NCBI GenBank assembly: GCA_007125875.1 | Contig: SLCI01000004.1 | Span: 1 to 50,728, forward strand | Direction of reading: 5' to 3' | Length of the DNA: 50,728 bases | Source of the DNA: Kiritimatiellia bacterium | Lineage (GTDB): Bacteria > Verrucomicrobiota > Kiritimatiellia > SLAD01 | Part shown: positions 13,579-23,759 of the stretch, in pieces | Layout of the letters: each line of letters opens with the position of its first letter | Numbering within the stretch: the first letter of the stretch is position 1 | Program-made: the position numbers and the translations under genes | Notes under the pieces: generated by a model | What the model saw: the letters and a program-made list of their open reading frames with translations, nothing else | Told to the model about the DNA's origin: nothing | The model's database searches: none

Positions 13579-14406
13579 ATGCCAATTCGCAAATTTAAAC
13601 CCTATACCGCCAGCCGACGCTCCATGTCGGTCTCGACATTTGACGAGATCACCAAGGACAAGCCGGAAAAGTCGCTGATCAAAAAGAAGAAGCAGAATGC
13701 CGGCCGGAATTCACAGGGCCGCATTACGGTGCGACATCGTGGCGGTGGTCATAAGAAGCGTCTGCGTCATGTAGATTTTCTGCGCGATAAACACAACATC
13801 CCGGCGAAGGTCGCCGCGATCGAGTACGATCCGAATCGTTCAGCTCGGTTGGCGTTGCTGCATTATGCCGATGGTGAGAAGCGCTACATGTTGGCGCCGG
13901 TCAATTTGAAGGTGGGTACGTCGGTGATGTCTGGTCCCGAGGCCGAGCCGGAAATTGGTAACGCCTTGCCGCTGGCCAAAATTCCGCTGGGTCTGCCCGT
14001 GCATAATTTGGAGCTGATTGCCGGTCGTGGTGCCAAAGTCGTTCGTTCGGCTGGGCAGTCCGCGCAAATTCTGGCTCGTGAAGGTGAATATGCGGATATC
14101 AAGTTACCTTCAGGCGAGATTCGCAAATTTAGCGTTAAGTGCTACGCGACGATCGGTCAGGTCGGTAACGTGGAACACGAAAGCGTTTCTATGGGTAAGG
14201 CGGGGCGTGCCCGTTGGAAAGGTCGTCGCCCAACCGTGCGCGGTGTGGCCATGAACCCAGTCGATCACCCCATGGGGGGTGGCGAAGGTCGCTCCTCGGG
14301 TGGCAGTCATCCGGTCTCCCCGTGGGGCCAGTTGGCCAAAGGTAAGCGTACCCGTTCCAAGAAGAAATCGTCGAGCCGCATGATTGTACAACGGAGGAAG
14401 AAGTAA
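13579..14406 (+). CDS. rplB: 50S ribosomal protein L2
   Basis: 275 aa; [10 protein letters not shown]..., [31 protein letters not shown]. Confidence 0.99.
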   Translation: MPIRKFKPYTASRRSMSVSTFDEITKDKPEKSLIKKKKQNAGRNSQGRITVRHRGGGHKKRLRHVDFLRDKHNIPAKVAAIEYDPNRSARLALLHYADGEKRYMLAPVNLKVGTSVMSGPEAEPEIGNALPLAKIPLGLPVHNLELIAGRGAKVVRSAGQSAQILAREGEYADIKLPSGEIRKFSVKCYATIGQVGNVEHESVSMGKAGRARWKGRRPTVRGVAMNPVDHPMGGGEGRSSGGSHPVSPWGQLAKGKRTRSKKKSSSRMIVQRRKK

Positions 14407-14409
14407 GCC

Positions 14410-14694
14410 ATGTCCCGTTCGTTAAAAAAAGGTCCTTTCGTCGAAGAGAAGCTCCTCAAAAAGGTGGAGCGCATGAATCAGAGCGGTCAAAAGCGTGTGA
14501 TCAAGACCTGGTCGCGTCGCTCCATGATTGCGCCTGAATTTGTCGGGCATACGTTCGCGATTCATAACGGCAAGAATTTCATCTCGGTGTTTATCACCGA
14601 AAACATGGTTGGACATCGTTTGGGCGAGTTTTCGCCCACGCGCCAGTTCCGACGTCACGGTGCGGCCACGGATAAGACCGTATCCTTAAAGTAA
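14410..14694 (+). CDS. rpsS: 30S ribosomal protein S19
   Basis: 94 aa; [16 protein letters not shown]...[28 protein letters not shown]. Confidence 0.99.
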   Translation: MSRSLKKGPFVEEKLLKKVERMNQSGQKRVIKTWSRRSMIAPEFVGHTFAIHNGKNFISVFITENMVGHRLGEFSPTRQFRRHGAATDKTVSLK

Positions 14695-14720
14695 AATTTT
14701 CAATTTTTAGAAAAACAGTA

Positions 14721-14749
14721 TTGGCAGAAGTGCAAGGGATGCGTAGTAT
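14721..14749 (+). promoter_or_regulatory. Candidate sigma-70-type promoter inside the rpsS-rplV spacer (TTGGCA-17 nt-TAGTAT) preceded by an A/T-rich tract
   Basis: TTGGCA at 14721-14726, exactly 17 nt of spacer, then TAGTAT at 14744-14749. The A/T-rich stretch 14695-14720 resembles an UP element. Sequence pattern only. Confidence 0.35.
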
Positions 14750-14899
14750 CCACGCTTCACTTGCATCTGGAGCGCTGAAAATGCGCCTCAGATCGTCACA
14801 GTATGGTGTTCTGAAGCAGTTTTCAGGACGCTTACTCCAGAACGCGAGCGCCTACTCAGGGTTTGTGCTGAGTCGGTGGCCATAGGAAGTGTGTGCATT

Positions 14900-15262
14900 A
14901 TGGACGTAACAGCAACAGCGAGGTTTGTGCGAATTTCGCCCACGAAGGTGCGGGATTTGGCGCGTGCGATTCAGGGTAAGACCGTGGATGAGGCCCTTCG
15001 GGTGACTTCGTTTAATAAGCGCAAGGGCGCCTTCTTTGTCGGGAAGACATTGAAGTCGGCCATTGCGAACGCAGAAAATAATGCAGACCTCTCGGTCGAG
15101 GATCTGTTTGTGAAAGAAGCGGTAGTTGACGGTGGACCAATGATTAAGCGGTTCCGTCCGGCAGCCCGCGGTATGGCAAAGCCGATTCAAAAGAAGACGA
15201 GCCATATTCGTATCACGTTGACCAATGTTAAGCCCCGGCGCGCGGCTGGGCGATCGGTATAA
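14900..15262 (+). CDS. rplV: 50S ribosomal protein L22
   Basis: MDVTATARFVRISPTKVRDLARAIQGK... is the L22 N-terminus. AGGAAG lies 10 nt upstream of ATG 14900. The ORF track start at 14876 adds 8 unlikely codons. Confidence 0.95.
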   Translation: MDVTATARFVRISPTKVRDLARAIQGKTVDEALRVTSFNKRKGAFFVGKTLKSAIANAENNADLSVEDLFVKEAVVDGGPMIKRFRPAARGMAKPIQKKTSHIRITLTNVKPRRAAGRSV

Positions 15263-15277
15263 GGAAGGAGCAGCGGT

Positions 15278-15910
15278 TTGGGCCAGAAAGTTAATCCTAT
15301 TGGGTTGCGGGTCGGCGTCACGAAAAATTGGCGTTCGCGATGGTATGCCGGAAAGAAAGAGTTCGGCGACCTGTTGCGTGAGGATCAATTGATCCGGGAC
15401 ATGATCAAGAAGCAACTGAAAGACGGTGCCATTGCTGATATCGGTATTGAGCGTTATGCCAACCGAGCGCGCGTGACCTTGCATACGGCTCGGCCGGGCA
15501 TTGTGATCGGTCGCAAAGGCGCTGATTTGGAGCGTTTGCGTGAGCAGATTGCGGCCAAAACCAAGCGTGAAATTTATATCGAAATACGGGAAGTCAAGAA
15601 CGCGGATACCAATGCGCAGCTCGTTGCGGATGGTATTGCCAGTCAGTTAGAGCGTCGAGTTTCCTTCCGTCGAGCCATGAAGCGCGCCATTCAGGTCGCA
15701 ATGGAATTGGGCGCGGAAGGCATCAAGATCGGCGTGGCCGGTCGTTTGGGCGGTGCTGAGCTCGCCCGTCGCGAAGAATATAAACAAGGTAAAGTGCCGC
15801 TCCATACGCTGCGTGCCAATGTCGAATACGGCTTCGCTGAGGCGAATACGGTCGCAGGCAAAATTGGGGTGAAAGTGTGGATTTGCAGGAAGCCGGAAGC
15901 GGCGGCCTAA
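15278..15910 (+). CDS. rpsC: 30S ribosomal protein S3
   Basis: 210 aa; TTG start with AAGGAAGGAG 7 nt upstream; MGQKVNPIGLRVG..., KH domain. Confidence 0.98.
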   Translation: MGQKVNPIGLRVGVTKNWRSRWYAGKKEFGDLLREDQLIRDMIKKQLKDGAIADIGIERYANRARVTLHTARPGIVIGRKGADLERLREQIAAKTKREIYIEIREVKNADTNAQLVADGIASQLERRVSFRRAMKRAIQVAMELGAEGIKIGVAGRLGGAELARREEYKQGKVPLHTLRANVEYGFAEANTVAGKIGVKVWICRKPEAAA

Positions 15911-15929
15911 ACGTTTGAGGTAGTCAGCT

Positions 15930-16346
15930 ATGCCATTAATGCCGAAAAGAGTGAAGCACCGCAAGGTGCAGCGGGGTAGCCGGAAAGGCGTCGCCAGCAA
16001 GGGAAACGAGATGGCGTTTGGTGAATACGGGTTGCAGTCGTTGGGACGCGCTTGGATCACCAACATTCAGATCGAAGCCTGTCGTGTGGCCATCAACCGC
16101 TGCATGAAGCGTAAAGGAAAGCTCTGGATCCGGATTTTCCCGGACAAGCCCTACACCAAGAAGCCCTTGGAAGTGCGAATGGGTAAGGGCAAAGGCGCTG
16201 TTGAGGGTTGGGTCGCCGTCGTCAAGCCGGGACGTATGATGTTCGAGCTCGGCGGGGTGCCTGAGCCGATTGCCCGCGAGGCCATGAAATTGGCGGCATC
16301 GAAGCTGCCGATCCGGACGCGATTTGTTCAGCGTCACACGCACTAA
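15930..16346 (+). CDS. rplP: 50S ribosomal protein L16
   Basis: 138 aa; [13 protein letters not shown]...; GAGG 9 nt upstream of ATG 15930. Confidence 0.98.
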   Translation: MPLMPKRVKHRKVQRGSRKGVASKGNEMAFGEYGLQSLGRAWITNIQIEACRVAINRCMKRKGKLWIRIFPDKPYTKKPLEVRMGKGKGAVEGWVAVVKPGRMMFELGGVPEPIAREAMKLAASKLPIRTRFVQRHTH

Positions 16347-16362
16347 GTCAGGATTTAAGGCT

Positions 16363-16563
16363 ATGAAGATTGCAGAAATGAGAGAGTTGACGCCGGAAGA
16401 GCTGCGGCATCAGTACGAGGAAACATCGAAAGAGTTGTTTAACTTGCGTGTGCAGCAGGCGACCGGGCAGCTGGAGCGTCCGTCACGGATTCGCGAACTT
16501 CGTCGTGAAGTAGCCCGGCTGCGAACGGTTCAAACGGAGCGAAAGAAAGCGAGTGTGGCGTAA
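16363..16563 (+). CDS. rpmC: 50S ribosomal protein L29
   Basis: [31 protein letters not shown]... (66 aa). The ORF track start at 16324 lies inside rplP, so internal ATG 16363 is preferred. Confidence 0.95.
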   Translation: MKIAEMRELTPEELRHQYEETSKELFNLRVQQATGQLERPSRIRELRREVARLRTVQTERKKASVA

Positions 16564-16841
16564 TGGCTGCGGTTAGTGAACATCAAGAACGTCGTTTGCG
16601 GAAGCAGCGAGAAGGTCGTGTGGTTAGCGCGAACAGTGACAAGACCATTGTGGTCCGTGTAGAACGCCGGGTTCGTCATGAGCTGTACGGTAAGGAAATC
16701 ACCAAGGCTAAACGCTATCACGCGCATGACGAAAACAACGAAGCCAAGGTTGGCGATCGCGTCCGCATCATGGAGACGCGTCCGCTCAGCAAGCTGAAAC
16801 ATTGGCGGCTCGTAGAGATTTTAGAAAAAGCGCAAGTGTGA
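16563..16841 (+). CDS. rpsQ: 30S ribosomal protein S17
   Basis: 92 aa; TAATG overlap with the rpmC stop; [27 protein letters not shown]. Confidence 0.97.
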   Translation: MAAVSEHQERRLRKQREGRVVSANSDKTIVVRVERRVRHELYGKEITKAKRYHAHDENNEAKVGDRVRIMETRPLSKLKHWRLVEILEKAQV

Positions 16842-16872
16842 TGCTTTCGCTTGTCGCAAAGGAATGTAAAGA

Positions 16873-17238
16873 ATGATTCAGATGCAAACCAGATTGGACG
16901 TGGCCGACAATACCGGCGCGCAGTCCCTGCAGTGCATTCGTGTGCTGGGGCAGCGTAAAACGGTGGCTCACGTGGGGGATGTGATCAAGGTTTCGGTCAA
17001 GGAGGCGCAACCGCGGGGCATGGTCAAAAAAGGTGAGGTGCATCGTGCACTGATCGTCCGTACGAAAGATGCGATTCGTCGACCCGATGGAAGCATCCTG
17101 CGTTTCGATCACAATGCGGCGGTGATCGTGGATGACCAAATGAATCCGCGTGGCAGCCGAATTTTTGGGCCGGTGGCGCGTGAATTGCGTGACAAGAATT
17201 ATATGAAGATTGTGTCTTTGGCGCCTGAGGTGATTTGA
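16873..17238 (+). CDS. rplN: 50S ribosomal protein L14
   Basis: 121 aa; [16 protein letters not shown]... Confidence 0.99.
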   Translation: MIQMQTRLDVADNTGAQSLQCIRVLGQRKTVAHVGDVIKVSVKEAQPRGMVKKGEVHRALIVRTKDAIRRPDGSILRFDHNAAVIVDDQMNPRGSRIFGPVARELRDKNYMKIVSLAPEVI

Positions 17239-17522
17239 TGAAGTTGAAGCAAAAGAAGACCATGCGCAAAGCGCTCCACATTAAGAAAGGCGACCTCGTG
17301 ATCGCGATCAGTGGTGCGGATGCGGATCGTGGAAAGCCGGGCAAAGTGTTGCAGGTATTGCCGAAGCAGCAAAAAGCCATTGTTGAAGGGTTTAACTACG
17401 TCAAAAAGCACATGCGTAAGACCCAAGATAACCCGCAAGGCGGCATCGTGGAGAAGGAAGCCCCAATCCACGTATCAAATCTGGTTAAATTTAAGGGCGA
17501 GGCTCCGAAGACGGAGAACTAA
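17238..17522 (+). CDS. rplX: 50S ribosomal protein L24
   Basis: KOW motif [27 protein letters not shown] 17238 overlaps the rplN stop (TGATG). TTG 17235 and ATG 17262 are alternative starts. Confidence 0.93.
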   Translation: MKLKQKKTMRKALHIKKGDLVIAISGADADRGKPGKVLQVLPKQQKAIVEGFNYVKKHMRKTQDNPQGGIVEKEAPIHVSNLVKFKGEAPKTEN

Positions 17523-17543
17523 GAGGGAGCAGTAGACGTCATC

Positions 17544-18083
17544 ATGATTCCTACGATGAAAGAAAAATATGACCAACAGGTCGTGCCGGCGCTCAAAGAG
17601 GCGCATGGTTACGCCAATCCGATGCAAGTGCCTCGGATTTCCAAGGTGGTCGTCAATATGAGTGTCAACACGAAGGTCGACAAGGATGCGCTCAAGTCGA
17701 TCAGTGATGATTTGGCCAAGATTTCTGGCCAGCGTCCCGTGATTACTAAGGCCAAAAAGAGCATCTCCAACTTCGCACTACGCGAAGGGATGCCGATTGG
17801 TGCCAAGGTGACGTTGCGCGGAGCGCGTATGTACGAATTTTTGGATCGCTTGGTGAACGTGGCCTTGCCGCGTATTCGCGATTTTCGCGGTGTTTCGGCC
17901 AAGGCCTTTGATGGGCGGGGCAGCTACACCTTGGGATTGAAAGAGCAAACGATCTTTCCCGAAATCAATCCCGACAACGTCAAGCGTACCCAGGGAATGG
18001 ATATCAGTATTGTAACCACAGCAGAAACCGATGCAGAGGCGCGGGATTTGTTAAAGCATCTAGGGATGCCGTTTGCGGCGTAG
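17544..18083 (+). CDS. rplE: 50S ribosomal protein L5
   Basis: 179 aa; [35 protein letters not shown]... Confidence 0.98.
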   Translation: MIPTMKEKYDQQVVPALKEAHGYANPMQVPRISKVVVNMSVNTKVDKDALKSISDDLAKISGQRPVITKAKKSISNFALREGMPIGAKVTLRGARMYEFLDRLVNVALPRIRDFRGVSAKAFDGRGSYTLGLKEQTIFPEINPDNVKRTQGMDISIVTTAETDAEARDLLKHLGMPFAA

Positions 18084-18104
18084 AGTAAGAAAGGACGCGT
18101 TGCC

Positions 18105-18290
18105 TTGGCTAAAACATCATTAATTGTAAAATCGAATCGTGCGCCAAAATTCAGTGCGCGGCAATATAATCGCTGCACGCGCTGCGGACGGGCACGGGGC
18201 TACATCCGGAAATTTAAGATCTGTCGTATCTGTTTCCGTGAGTTGGCTTCCGAAGGTAAAATTCCAGGCGTCACCAAGGCAAGCTGGTAA
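18105..18290 (+). CDS. rpsN: 30S ribosomal protein S14, short type Z (zinc-ribbon form)
   Basis: 61 aa, TTG start; [20 protein letters not shown] (CxxC..CxxC); ends KASW. Canonical position between rplE and rpsH. Confidence 0.96.
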   Translation: MAKTSLIVKSNRAPKFSARQYNRCTRCGRARGYIRKFKICRICFRELASEGKIPGVTKASW

Positions 18291-18307
18291 AGGCGGGATA
18301 GAAGCTT

Positions 18308-18706
18308 ATGAGTTTATCGGATCCAATAGCGGACATGTTGACACGTTTGCGTAATGCGCATAGCGCTGATCTGGACCATGCGGATATACCGCATTCCAAG
18401 ATGAAAGCCGAGATCGCGCGCATTCTAAAGCGGGAAGGTTTTATCCGTGACTATGTGTCGGAAGGCGGCGGTAGCAAGAAGATCTTGCGCGTCTACTTAA
18501 AGTATGATGCGAAGCGTCAAAAGGGCATTGAGGGGCTGAAGCGCGTTAGTCGTCCCAGCCTGCGCAAGTATTCGGGAGCGGACAGCTTGCCACGAGTACT
18601 CGGTGGAATGGGTATTGCAATCCTCAGCACTTCGTCCGGTGTGATGACTGATCGCGAAGCGCGTCAGCAAAAAGTCGGTGGCGAAGTGCTCTGCTATGTT
18701 TGGTAA
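18308..18706 (+). CDS. rpsH: 30S ribosomal protein S8
   Basis: 132 aa; SDPIADMLTRLRNAH... Confidence 0.99.
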   Translation: MSLSDPIADMLTRLRNAHSADLDHADIPHSKMKAEIARILKREGFIRDYVSEGGGSKKILRVYLKYDAKRQKGIEGLKRVSRPSLRKYSGADSLPRVLGGMGIAILSTSSGVMTDREARQQKVGGEVLCYVW

Positions 18707-18721
18707 TTTGGAGAGCGAGTT

Positions 18722-19258
18722 ATGTCGAGAGTAGGATTACAACCAATTAAAGTGCCGTCTGAAGTGACGGTTACCATAGACGGCACGCACGTCACTGTCA
18801 AAGGACCGAAGGGTGAACAGAGCTGGGTGTTTGAGCCCGTCGTCGCGTTCGAGTTGAAAGACGGTGAACTGACCGTCAGCCGCACCAGCGAAGAGAAATT
18901 TGCGCGGGCGTTGCATGGTACCGCTCGCAGTTTGCTTGCAAACATGATTCAGGGCGTGAAGGAAGAGTTCACCAAGGATCTGGAAATTCAGGGTGTTGGA
19001 TTCCGTGCTTCGGTGCAGGGACAAAAGCTCAACATGGCGTTGGGCTTCTCGCATCCGATCGATTTTACTGTGCCGGACGGCGTGACCGTGACCGTTGCAG
19101 ATAACACAAAACTCAAAGTCAGCGGAATTAGTAAGCAATTGGTTGGGCAGGTTGCTGCACAGATTCGCTCTTATTATCCGGCTGAACCGTACAAGGGCAA
19201 GGGTGTCCGCTACGCAAACGAACAAGTGCGGCGTAAGGCCGGCAAAACAGTGGCTTAA
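18722..19258 (+). CDS. rplF: 50S ribosomal protein L6
   Basis: 178 aa; [21 protein letters not shown]...PYKGKGVRY. Confidence 0.98.
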   Translation: MSRVGLQPIKVPSEVTVTIDGTHVTVKGPKGEQSWVFEPVVAFELKDGELTVSRTSEEKFARALHGTARSLLANMIQGVKEEFTKDLEIQGVGFRASVQGQKLNMALGFSHPIDFTVPDGVTVTVADNTKLKVSGISKQLVGQVAAQIRSYYPAEPYKGKGVRYANEQVRRKAGKTVA

Positions 19259-19260
19259 TT

Positions 19261-19620
19261 ATGAAGGTCGAAACCAAATCGGATTATCGCAAGCGACGTC
19301 ACTTCCGCATCCGGAAGAAGATTCAGGGCACAGCCGAACGCCCGCGCATGAGTGTCTACTTGTCGAATCAGCACATTTACGTGCAGTTCATCGACGATGT
19401 GGCTGCACGTACGTTGGCATCCATTTCAACGGCAGACAAATCGCAGGCCGATGCCTCGGGCAGCAACGCCGCCCGGGCGCAAGAGATTGGCCGATTGGCC
19501 GCACAGCGTGCCAAGGAACAAGGAATCGGCGAGGTCGTTTTCGATCGCGGCGGATTCCGTTACAGTGGGCGCCTGAAAGCCTTGGCCGATGCCGCCCGTG
19601 AGGAAGGCCTAAAGTTTTAA
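19261..19620 (+). CDS. rplR: 50S ribosomal protein L18
   Basis: 119 aa; [33 protein letters not shown]...[22 protein letters not shown]. Confidence 0.98.
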   Translation: MKVETKSDYRKRRHFRIRKKIQGTAERPRMSVYLSNQHIYVQFIDDVAARTLASISTADKSQADASGSNAARAQEIGRLAAQRAKEQGIGEVVFDRGGFRYSGRLKALADAAREEGLKF

Positions 19621-19646
19621 GCGAGCCAGCAAGGGACAGCATACGT

Positions 19647-20141
19647 ATGAGTGGATTTAATAAACGAAAAGAAGTGCGAGTGGAGAGCGATGTCGACGAA
19701 CGCGTCGTGCATGTGAATCGCTGCTCCAAAGTGGTAAAGGGTGGTCGACGCTTTAGCTTTAGTGCGTTGGTGGTGGCCGGTGACCGTAAAGGTCATGTGG
19801 GCTATTCGTTGGGGAAAGCCAATGAAGTCGCGGACGCGATCCGTAAGGGCACTGAGTCGGCCCGCAAGAATTTAATTCCGATTACGCTCCGGGATCGTAC
19901 GATTCCGCACGAAGTCATTGGCGAGTTTGCTGGTGCGCAGGTGCTTCTTAAGCCCGCCTCTGAAGGTACCGGCGTGATCGCTGGCGGCGCGGCCCGTGCG
20001 GTACTTGAACTCGCCGGCGTGCGCGACATTTTGGCGAAATCATTAGGTAGTAGTAATCAGGTCAATGTGACCAAGGCCACCATTCGTGCCTTGGAGAGTC
20101 TGCGTTCGCGCGAGCAGATCGCGGCGCTGCGCAGCGCCTGA
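19647..20141 (+). CDS. rpsE: 30S ribosomal protein S5
   Basis: 164 aa; [40 protein letters not shown]. Confidence 0.98.
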   Translation: MSGFNKRKEVRVESDVDERVVHVNRCSKVVKGGRRFSFSALVVAGDRKGHVGYSLGKANEVADAIRKGTESARKNLIPITLRDRTIPHEVIGEFAGAQVLLKPASEGTGVIAGGAARAVLELAGVRDILAKSLGSSNQVNVTKATIRALESLRSREQIAALRSA

Positions 20142-20155
20142 GGGGAGTCAGTAAC

Positions 20156-20602
20156 ATGAATTTGCATACATTACGTCCGGTCAAGGGTGCTCGGAAAACG
20201 CGCAAGCGCGTGGGTCGCGGTCGCGCCTCCGGCTTGGGGAAGACCAGTGGTCGGGGACATAAGGGGCAATACGCCCGTTCGGGTCACAAATACAAGCCGA
20301 CGTTTGAGGGTGGCCAGATGCCTTTGGTCCGTCGCATTCCCAAGCGCGGCTTTAAAAATGTCAATAACATCACGTATCTGCCTGTGAATGTAGGTGCGCT
20401 GACCGCGTTTGAGGCTGGCAGCGAAGTTGGCATTGAGCAATTGCGTGCCGCCGGTTTGGCATCCGGACCGGCTGGAAATCCCATCAAGATTTTGGGCCAG
20501 GGCGAAGTTGATCGTGCCTTGACTGTAAAGGCGCATGCCTTCAGCGCTAGCGCTAAACAAAAAATAGAAGCGGCGGGCGGCACCTGCGAGGCTGTCAAGT
20601 AA
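20156..20602 (+). CDS. rplO: 50S ribosomal protein L15
   Basis: 148 aa; LRPVKGARKTRKRVGRGRASGLGKTSGRGHKG. It follows rpsE after only 14 nt, so there is no rpmD. Confidence 0.98.
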   Translation: MNLHTLRPVKGARKTRKRVGRGRASGLGKTSGRGHKGQYARSGHKYKPTFEGGQMPLVRRIPKRGFKNVNNITYLPVNVGALTAFEAGSEVGIEQLRAAGLASGPAGNPIKILGQGEVDRALTVKAHAFSASAKQKIEAAGGTCEAVK

Positions 20603-20621
20603 GACCGCGGGTTGAGCTCTT

Positions 20622-21974
20622 ATGTTATCTGCCTTTACCAATAGCTTTAAGATCCCGGAATTGCGGCAACGCATTCTATTTACTTTCGGGTTAATTTTTC
20701 TTTGTCGCTTGGTGGCGGCGGTCCCAGTCCCTGGCGTAGATGCGGTCGCTTTGCGCGCGTTTATTGCCTCAGTGCAAGCGCAGGCGGGCGGCACTTTTGT
20801 TGGGATGTACAACCTGTTCAGCGGTGGCGCACTGGAGAACTTCGCGATTGGTGCGTTAGGCATTATGCCTTACATCAGCGCGTCCATTATCATTCAATTG
20901 ATGACGGCGGTTGTGCCGCAACTCGAACGCTTGGCGCGCGAAGGCGATACCGGACGGCAAAAGATTACGCAGTACACCCGTTATCTCTGTCTACTCCTTT
21001 GCTTGGTGCAAGGCTACGCGTTGGCGGCCGTGATGGAAAATCCCGCGGCGATTGGGATCCAACAACAGATCGTTATGAATCCCGGTATGGGTTTCCGTAT
21101 TTTGGCGGTGATCACCATGACCTCCGGCACCATGCTGTTGATGTGGATGGGTGAGCAGATCACTGAGCGCGGAATTGGTAACGGTATTTCGCTGATTATT
21201 ACGGTCAGTATTATCAGCTTGTTGCCCGGTGCGATCCAGGCAGCGATCAATATGTTCCGCCCGTTCGAGGGTGGCGGCGCCGCACAGTTTACCTTCTTCC
21301 ATCTGATCGCCTTGCTAATCATGCTCTTCCTCGTGATCGCGGGCACCATTGCGGTCACGCAGGCCCAACGCAAGATTCCGGTTCAATATGCCAAGCGTGT
21401 GGTGGGACGTAAAGTCTACGGCGGTCAGAGCACCTACATGCCATTGCGGGTCAACTATTCAGGCGTCATGCCGATCATCTTTGCGCAGGCGATCCTGATG
21501 TTCCCGGCGCAAATTCTCGGTCGTGTCCCGAGTGAGGCTGTCCGCCGTTTTGGTGCGGCGTTGGATTTTGGCACCACGTGGTACAATATCCTCTACGCCC
21601 TAATGATCATGTTCTTCTCGTATTTCTGGGTGGCGACTCAGTTTAAGCCAATCCAGATCGCTGATGACTTGAAGAAGTATGGTGGTTATGTTCCGGGCAT
21701 CCGACCGGGTCGTCCGACGGCCGAATTCCTGGATCGCACGATGACACGCTTGACGCTGGCCGGTGCCGTCTTCTTGACCATTATAGCAGTGCTGCCGATG
21801 TTAATGGCGCAGCAATTTGGCATTCCATGGATCGTGGCTCACTTCTTTGGTGGTACCAGTATTCTGATTATTGTCGGTGTGATGCTGGATACCATGCGGC
21901 AAGTTGAATCGCACCTGTTGACGCGCCACTACGATGGTTTCCTGAAGAAGGGTAAACTCCGTTCCAGGAAGTAG
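20622..21974 (+). CDS. secY: Preprotein translocase subunit SecY
   Basis: 450 aa, polytopic; IPELRQRILFTFGLI..., GIMPYISASII, GEQITERGIGNGISL. Confidence 0.99.
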   Translation: MLSAFTNSFKIPELRQRILFTFGLIFLCRLVAAVPVPGVDAVALRAFIASVQAQAGGTFVGMYNLFSGGALENFAIGALGIMPYISASIIIQLMTAVVPQLERLAREGDTGRQKITQYTRYLCLLLCLVQGYALAAVMENPAAIGIQQQIVMNPGMGFRILAVITMTSGTMLLMWMGEQITERGIGNGISLIITVSIISLLPGAIQAAINMFRPFEGGGAAQFTFFHLIALLIMLFLVIAGTIAVTQAQRKIPVQYAKRVVGRKVYGGQSTYMPLRVNYSGVMPIIFAQAILMFPAQILGRVPSEAVRRFGAALDFGTTWYNILYALMIMFFSYFWVATQFKPIQIADDLKKYGGYVPGIRPGRPTAEFLDRTMTRLTLAGAVFLTIIAVLPMLMAQQFGIPWIVAHFFGGTSILIIVGVMLDTMRQVESHLLTRHYDGFLKKGKLRSRK

Positions 21975-21981
21975 GATCGCC

Positions 21982-22641
21982 ATGTGGGATGTACTCGTCT
22001 TGCTGGGAGCGCCGGGGTCAGGAAAGGGAACCACCGCAGGTGATCTGGCGGAAGTACGACCTGATTGGATCCATCTTTCTACCGGTGACATGCTGCGCGA
22101 TGCCATCAAATCCGGAAGTCCCGTTGGCTTAGAGGCAAAACAGTGTATGGATCAGGGCCAACTCGTGCCTGACGAAGTGGTCATGAAAATCGTCAGCGAG
22201 TACATGGAGGCTGGCCCTACCGACGCCGTATACCTGTTCGATGGTTTTCCCCGTACCGATGCACAAGCGCAGTTGTTGGACGAGTTTCTCGAATCGAGTG
22301 GGAAAGGGCATGTCTCCCATGTTTTCTTGCTGGAAGTCCCTGAAGAGGTGTTGGTGGATCGGATTGCCGGTCGGTTGATTTGTCGCGATTGCGGGAAAGT
22401 ATTTCATCGCACCAATATGCCGCCCACGAAAGAATCCATGTGCGATGACTGCAGTGGTGATATCTATCAGCGTCCCGATGATAATCGCGAAACCGTCTTG
22501 AATCGGTTAAAAGTATTTCATAATCAGACTGCTAGCTTGATCGATTATTACGGAGCGAAGAAGATCCTGCATCGTGTAGATTGTCTCTATCGCGACCGTG
22601 CACTTGATGCGATCTTAACGATCATGGGACCGAAGTCGTAG
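21982..22641 (+). CDS. adk: Adenylate kinase (zinc-lid type)
   Basis: 219 aa; P-loop GAPGSGKGT; lid CRDCG...CDDC; canonical position after secY. Confidence 0.96.
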   Translation: MWDVLVLLGAPGSGKGTTAGDLAEVRPDWIHLSTGDMLRDAIKSGSPVGLEAKQCMDQGQLVPDEVVMKIVSEYMEAGPTDAVYLFDGFPRTDAQAQLLDEFLESSGKGHVSHVFLLEVPEEVLVDRIAGRLICRDCGKVFHRTNMPPTKESMCDDCSGDIYQRPDDNRETVLNRLKVFHNQTASLIDYYGAKKILHRVDCLYRDRALDAILTIMGPKS

Positions 22642-22644
22642 GCC

Positions 22645-23400
22645 ATGATAAAGATCAAGTCTACGACGGAGCTCGAGCGCATGCGAGTCAGTTGCGGAAT
22701 GGCCGCGACAGTGCGCACAAAGGTGGCTAAGGCGATCAAGCCGGGCATGACCACGCTTGAGCTGGATGAATATGCACAAGAGCTAATCGCTGGCATGGAC
22801 GCCAAAAGTGCGTTCTACGGGTATCGTGGGTTTCCCGGGCATATTTGTGTCTCGGTGAACGATGAGGTTGTGCATGGTATTCCCAGCAAGCGGGTTATCC
22901 GTATGGGCGATATCCTCAGTATTGATTTTGGTGTGGTGTACGATGGTTTTGTGGGTGATACGGCAACGACCGTCATGGTGGGTGTCACGGATCCCGATGT
23001 GATTCGTTTGGTGTCCGTGACCGAAGAAGCATTGGCTGCCGCGATTGAGCAAGCGGTAGCCGGAAATCGGTTGTCCGATATTTCGCATGCCGTCGAGAAA
23101 GTCGCCACGGCGGCGGGAGTCGGTATCGTACGTGATTTTGTTGGGCACGGGATAGGTCGGAAGATGCATGAGGATCCGCAAATCCCTAATTTCGGTAAGC
23201 CGGGACGTGGGCCGAAACTGCGAGCTGGAATGACATTTGCGCTTGAGCCGATGTTGAATTTGGGTACGCATGAGGTAGAAGTGATGCCCGATGGTTGGAC
23301 CGTCCTGACGAAAGATCGGAAGCCATCGGCGCACTGTGAGCATACGGTGGCGGTCGGGGTGGAGAAGGCCGAGATCCTCACCATTCCGAAAAATGAATAA
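22645..23400 (+). CDS. map: Type I methionine aminopeptidase
   Basis: 251 aa; metal ligands in the contexts DFGVVYDGFVGDTA, FVGHGIG, LEPM and EHTV. Confidence 0.97.
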   Translation: MIKIKSTTELERMRVSCGMAATVRTKVAKAIKPGMTTLELDEYAQELIAGMDAKSAFYGYRGFPGHICVSVNDEVVHGIPSKRVIRMGDILSIDFGVVYDGFVGDTATTVMVGVTDPDVIRLVSVTEEALAAAIEQAVAGNRLSDISHAVEKVATAAGVGIVRDFVGHGIGRKMHEDPQIPNFGKPGRGPKLRAGMTFALEPMLNLGTHEVEVMPDGWTVLTKDRKPSAHCEHTVAVGVEKAEILTIPKNE

Positions 23401-23605
23401 AAAAGAGACATTTGTGCTGGACGCTGTTTTGGAGGATGTGCTAAACCATGCGACCTTCAATGCGGTATTGCCGAATGGCCATCGGTTGGTGGCCTTTCCC
23501 CAACGCAAGGATATTGATACGGCCTTGTCGCGACTGAGGTCGGGTAGCCGTGTTCGTGTGGAAATGTCACCCTTCGACATGTCGAAAGGGACATTTGTGT
23601 TTTAG
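23393..23605 (+). CDS. infA: Translation initiation factor IF-1 homologue (divergent)
   Basis: 70 aa from ATG 23393, 8-nt overlap with the map stop. Canonical map-infA-rpmJ position and length. It aligns end-to-end by eye with E. coli IF-1 (VLE.L..F..L.NGH..A....G..V.VE..P.D.SKG..VF), but the HISGKMRKNYIRI segment is replaced. Confidence 0.8.
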   Translation: MNKKETFVLDAVLEDVLNHATFNAVLPNGHRLVAFPQRKDIDTALSRLRSGSRVRVEMSPFDMSKGTFVF

Positions 23606-23627
23606 GTGAGTAAAGGTTTTAGACATC

Positions 23628-23741
23628 ATGAAGGTTCGTTCGTCAGTCAAAAGAATTTGTGAACGGTGCAGAGTCATTCGCCGCAAGGGTGTGGTGCGTG
23701 TGATTTGCACGAACCCGCGTCATAAGCAGCGGCAGAGTTAA
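23628..23741 (+). CDS. rpmJ: 50S ribosomal protein L36 (zinc-binding form)
   Basis: Found by hand, below the ORF-track cutoff: [37 protein letters not shown] (37 aa), with the C..C..C..H zinc motif. Lies between infA and rpsM. Confidence 0.95.
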   Translation: MKVRSSVKRICERCRVIRRKGVVRVICTNPRHKQRQS

Positions 23742-23759
23742 GAGGAGCGAAAAAGCGTT

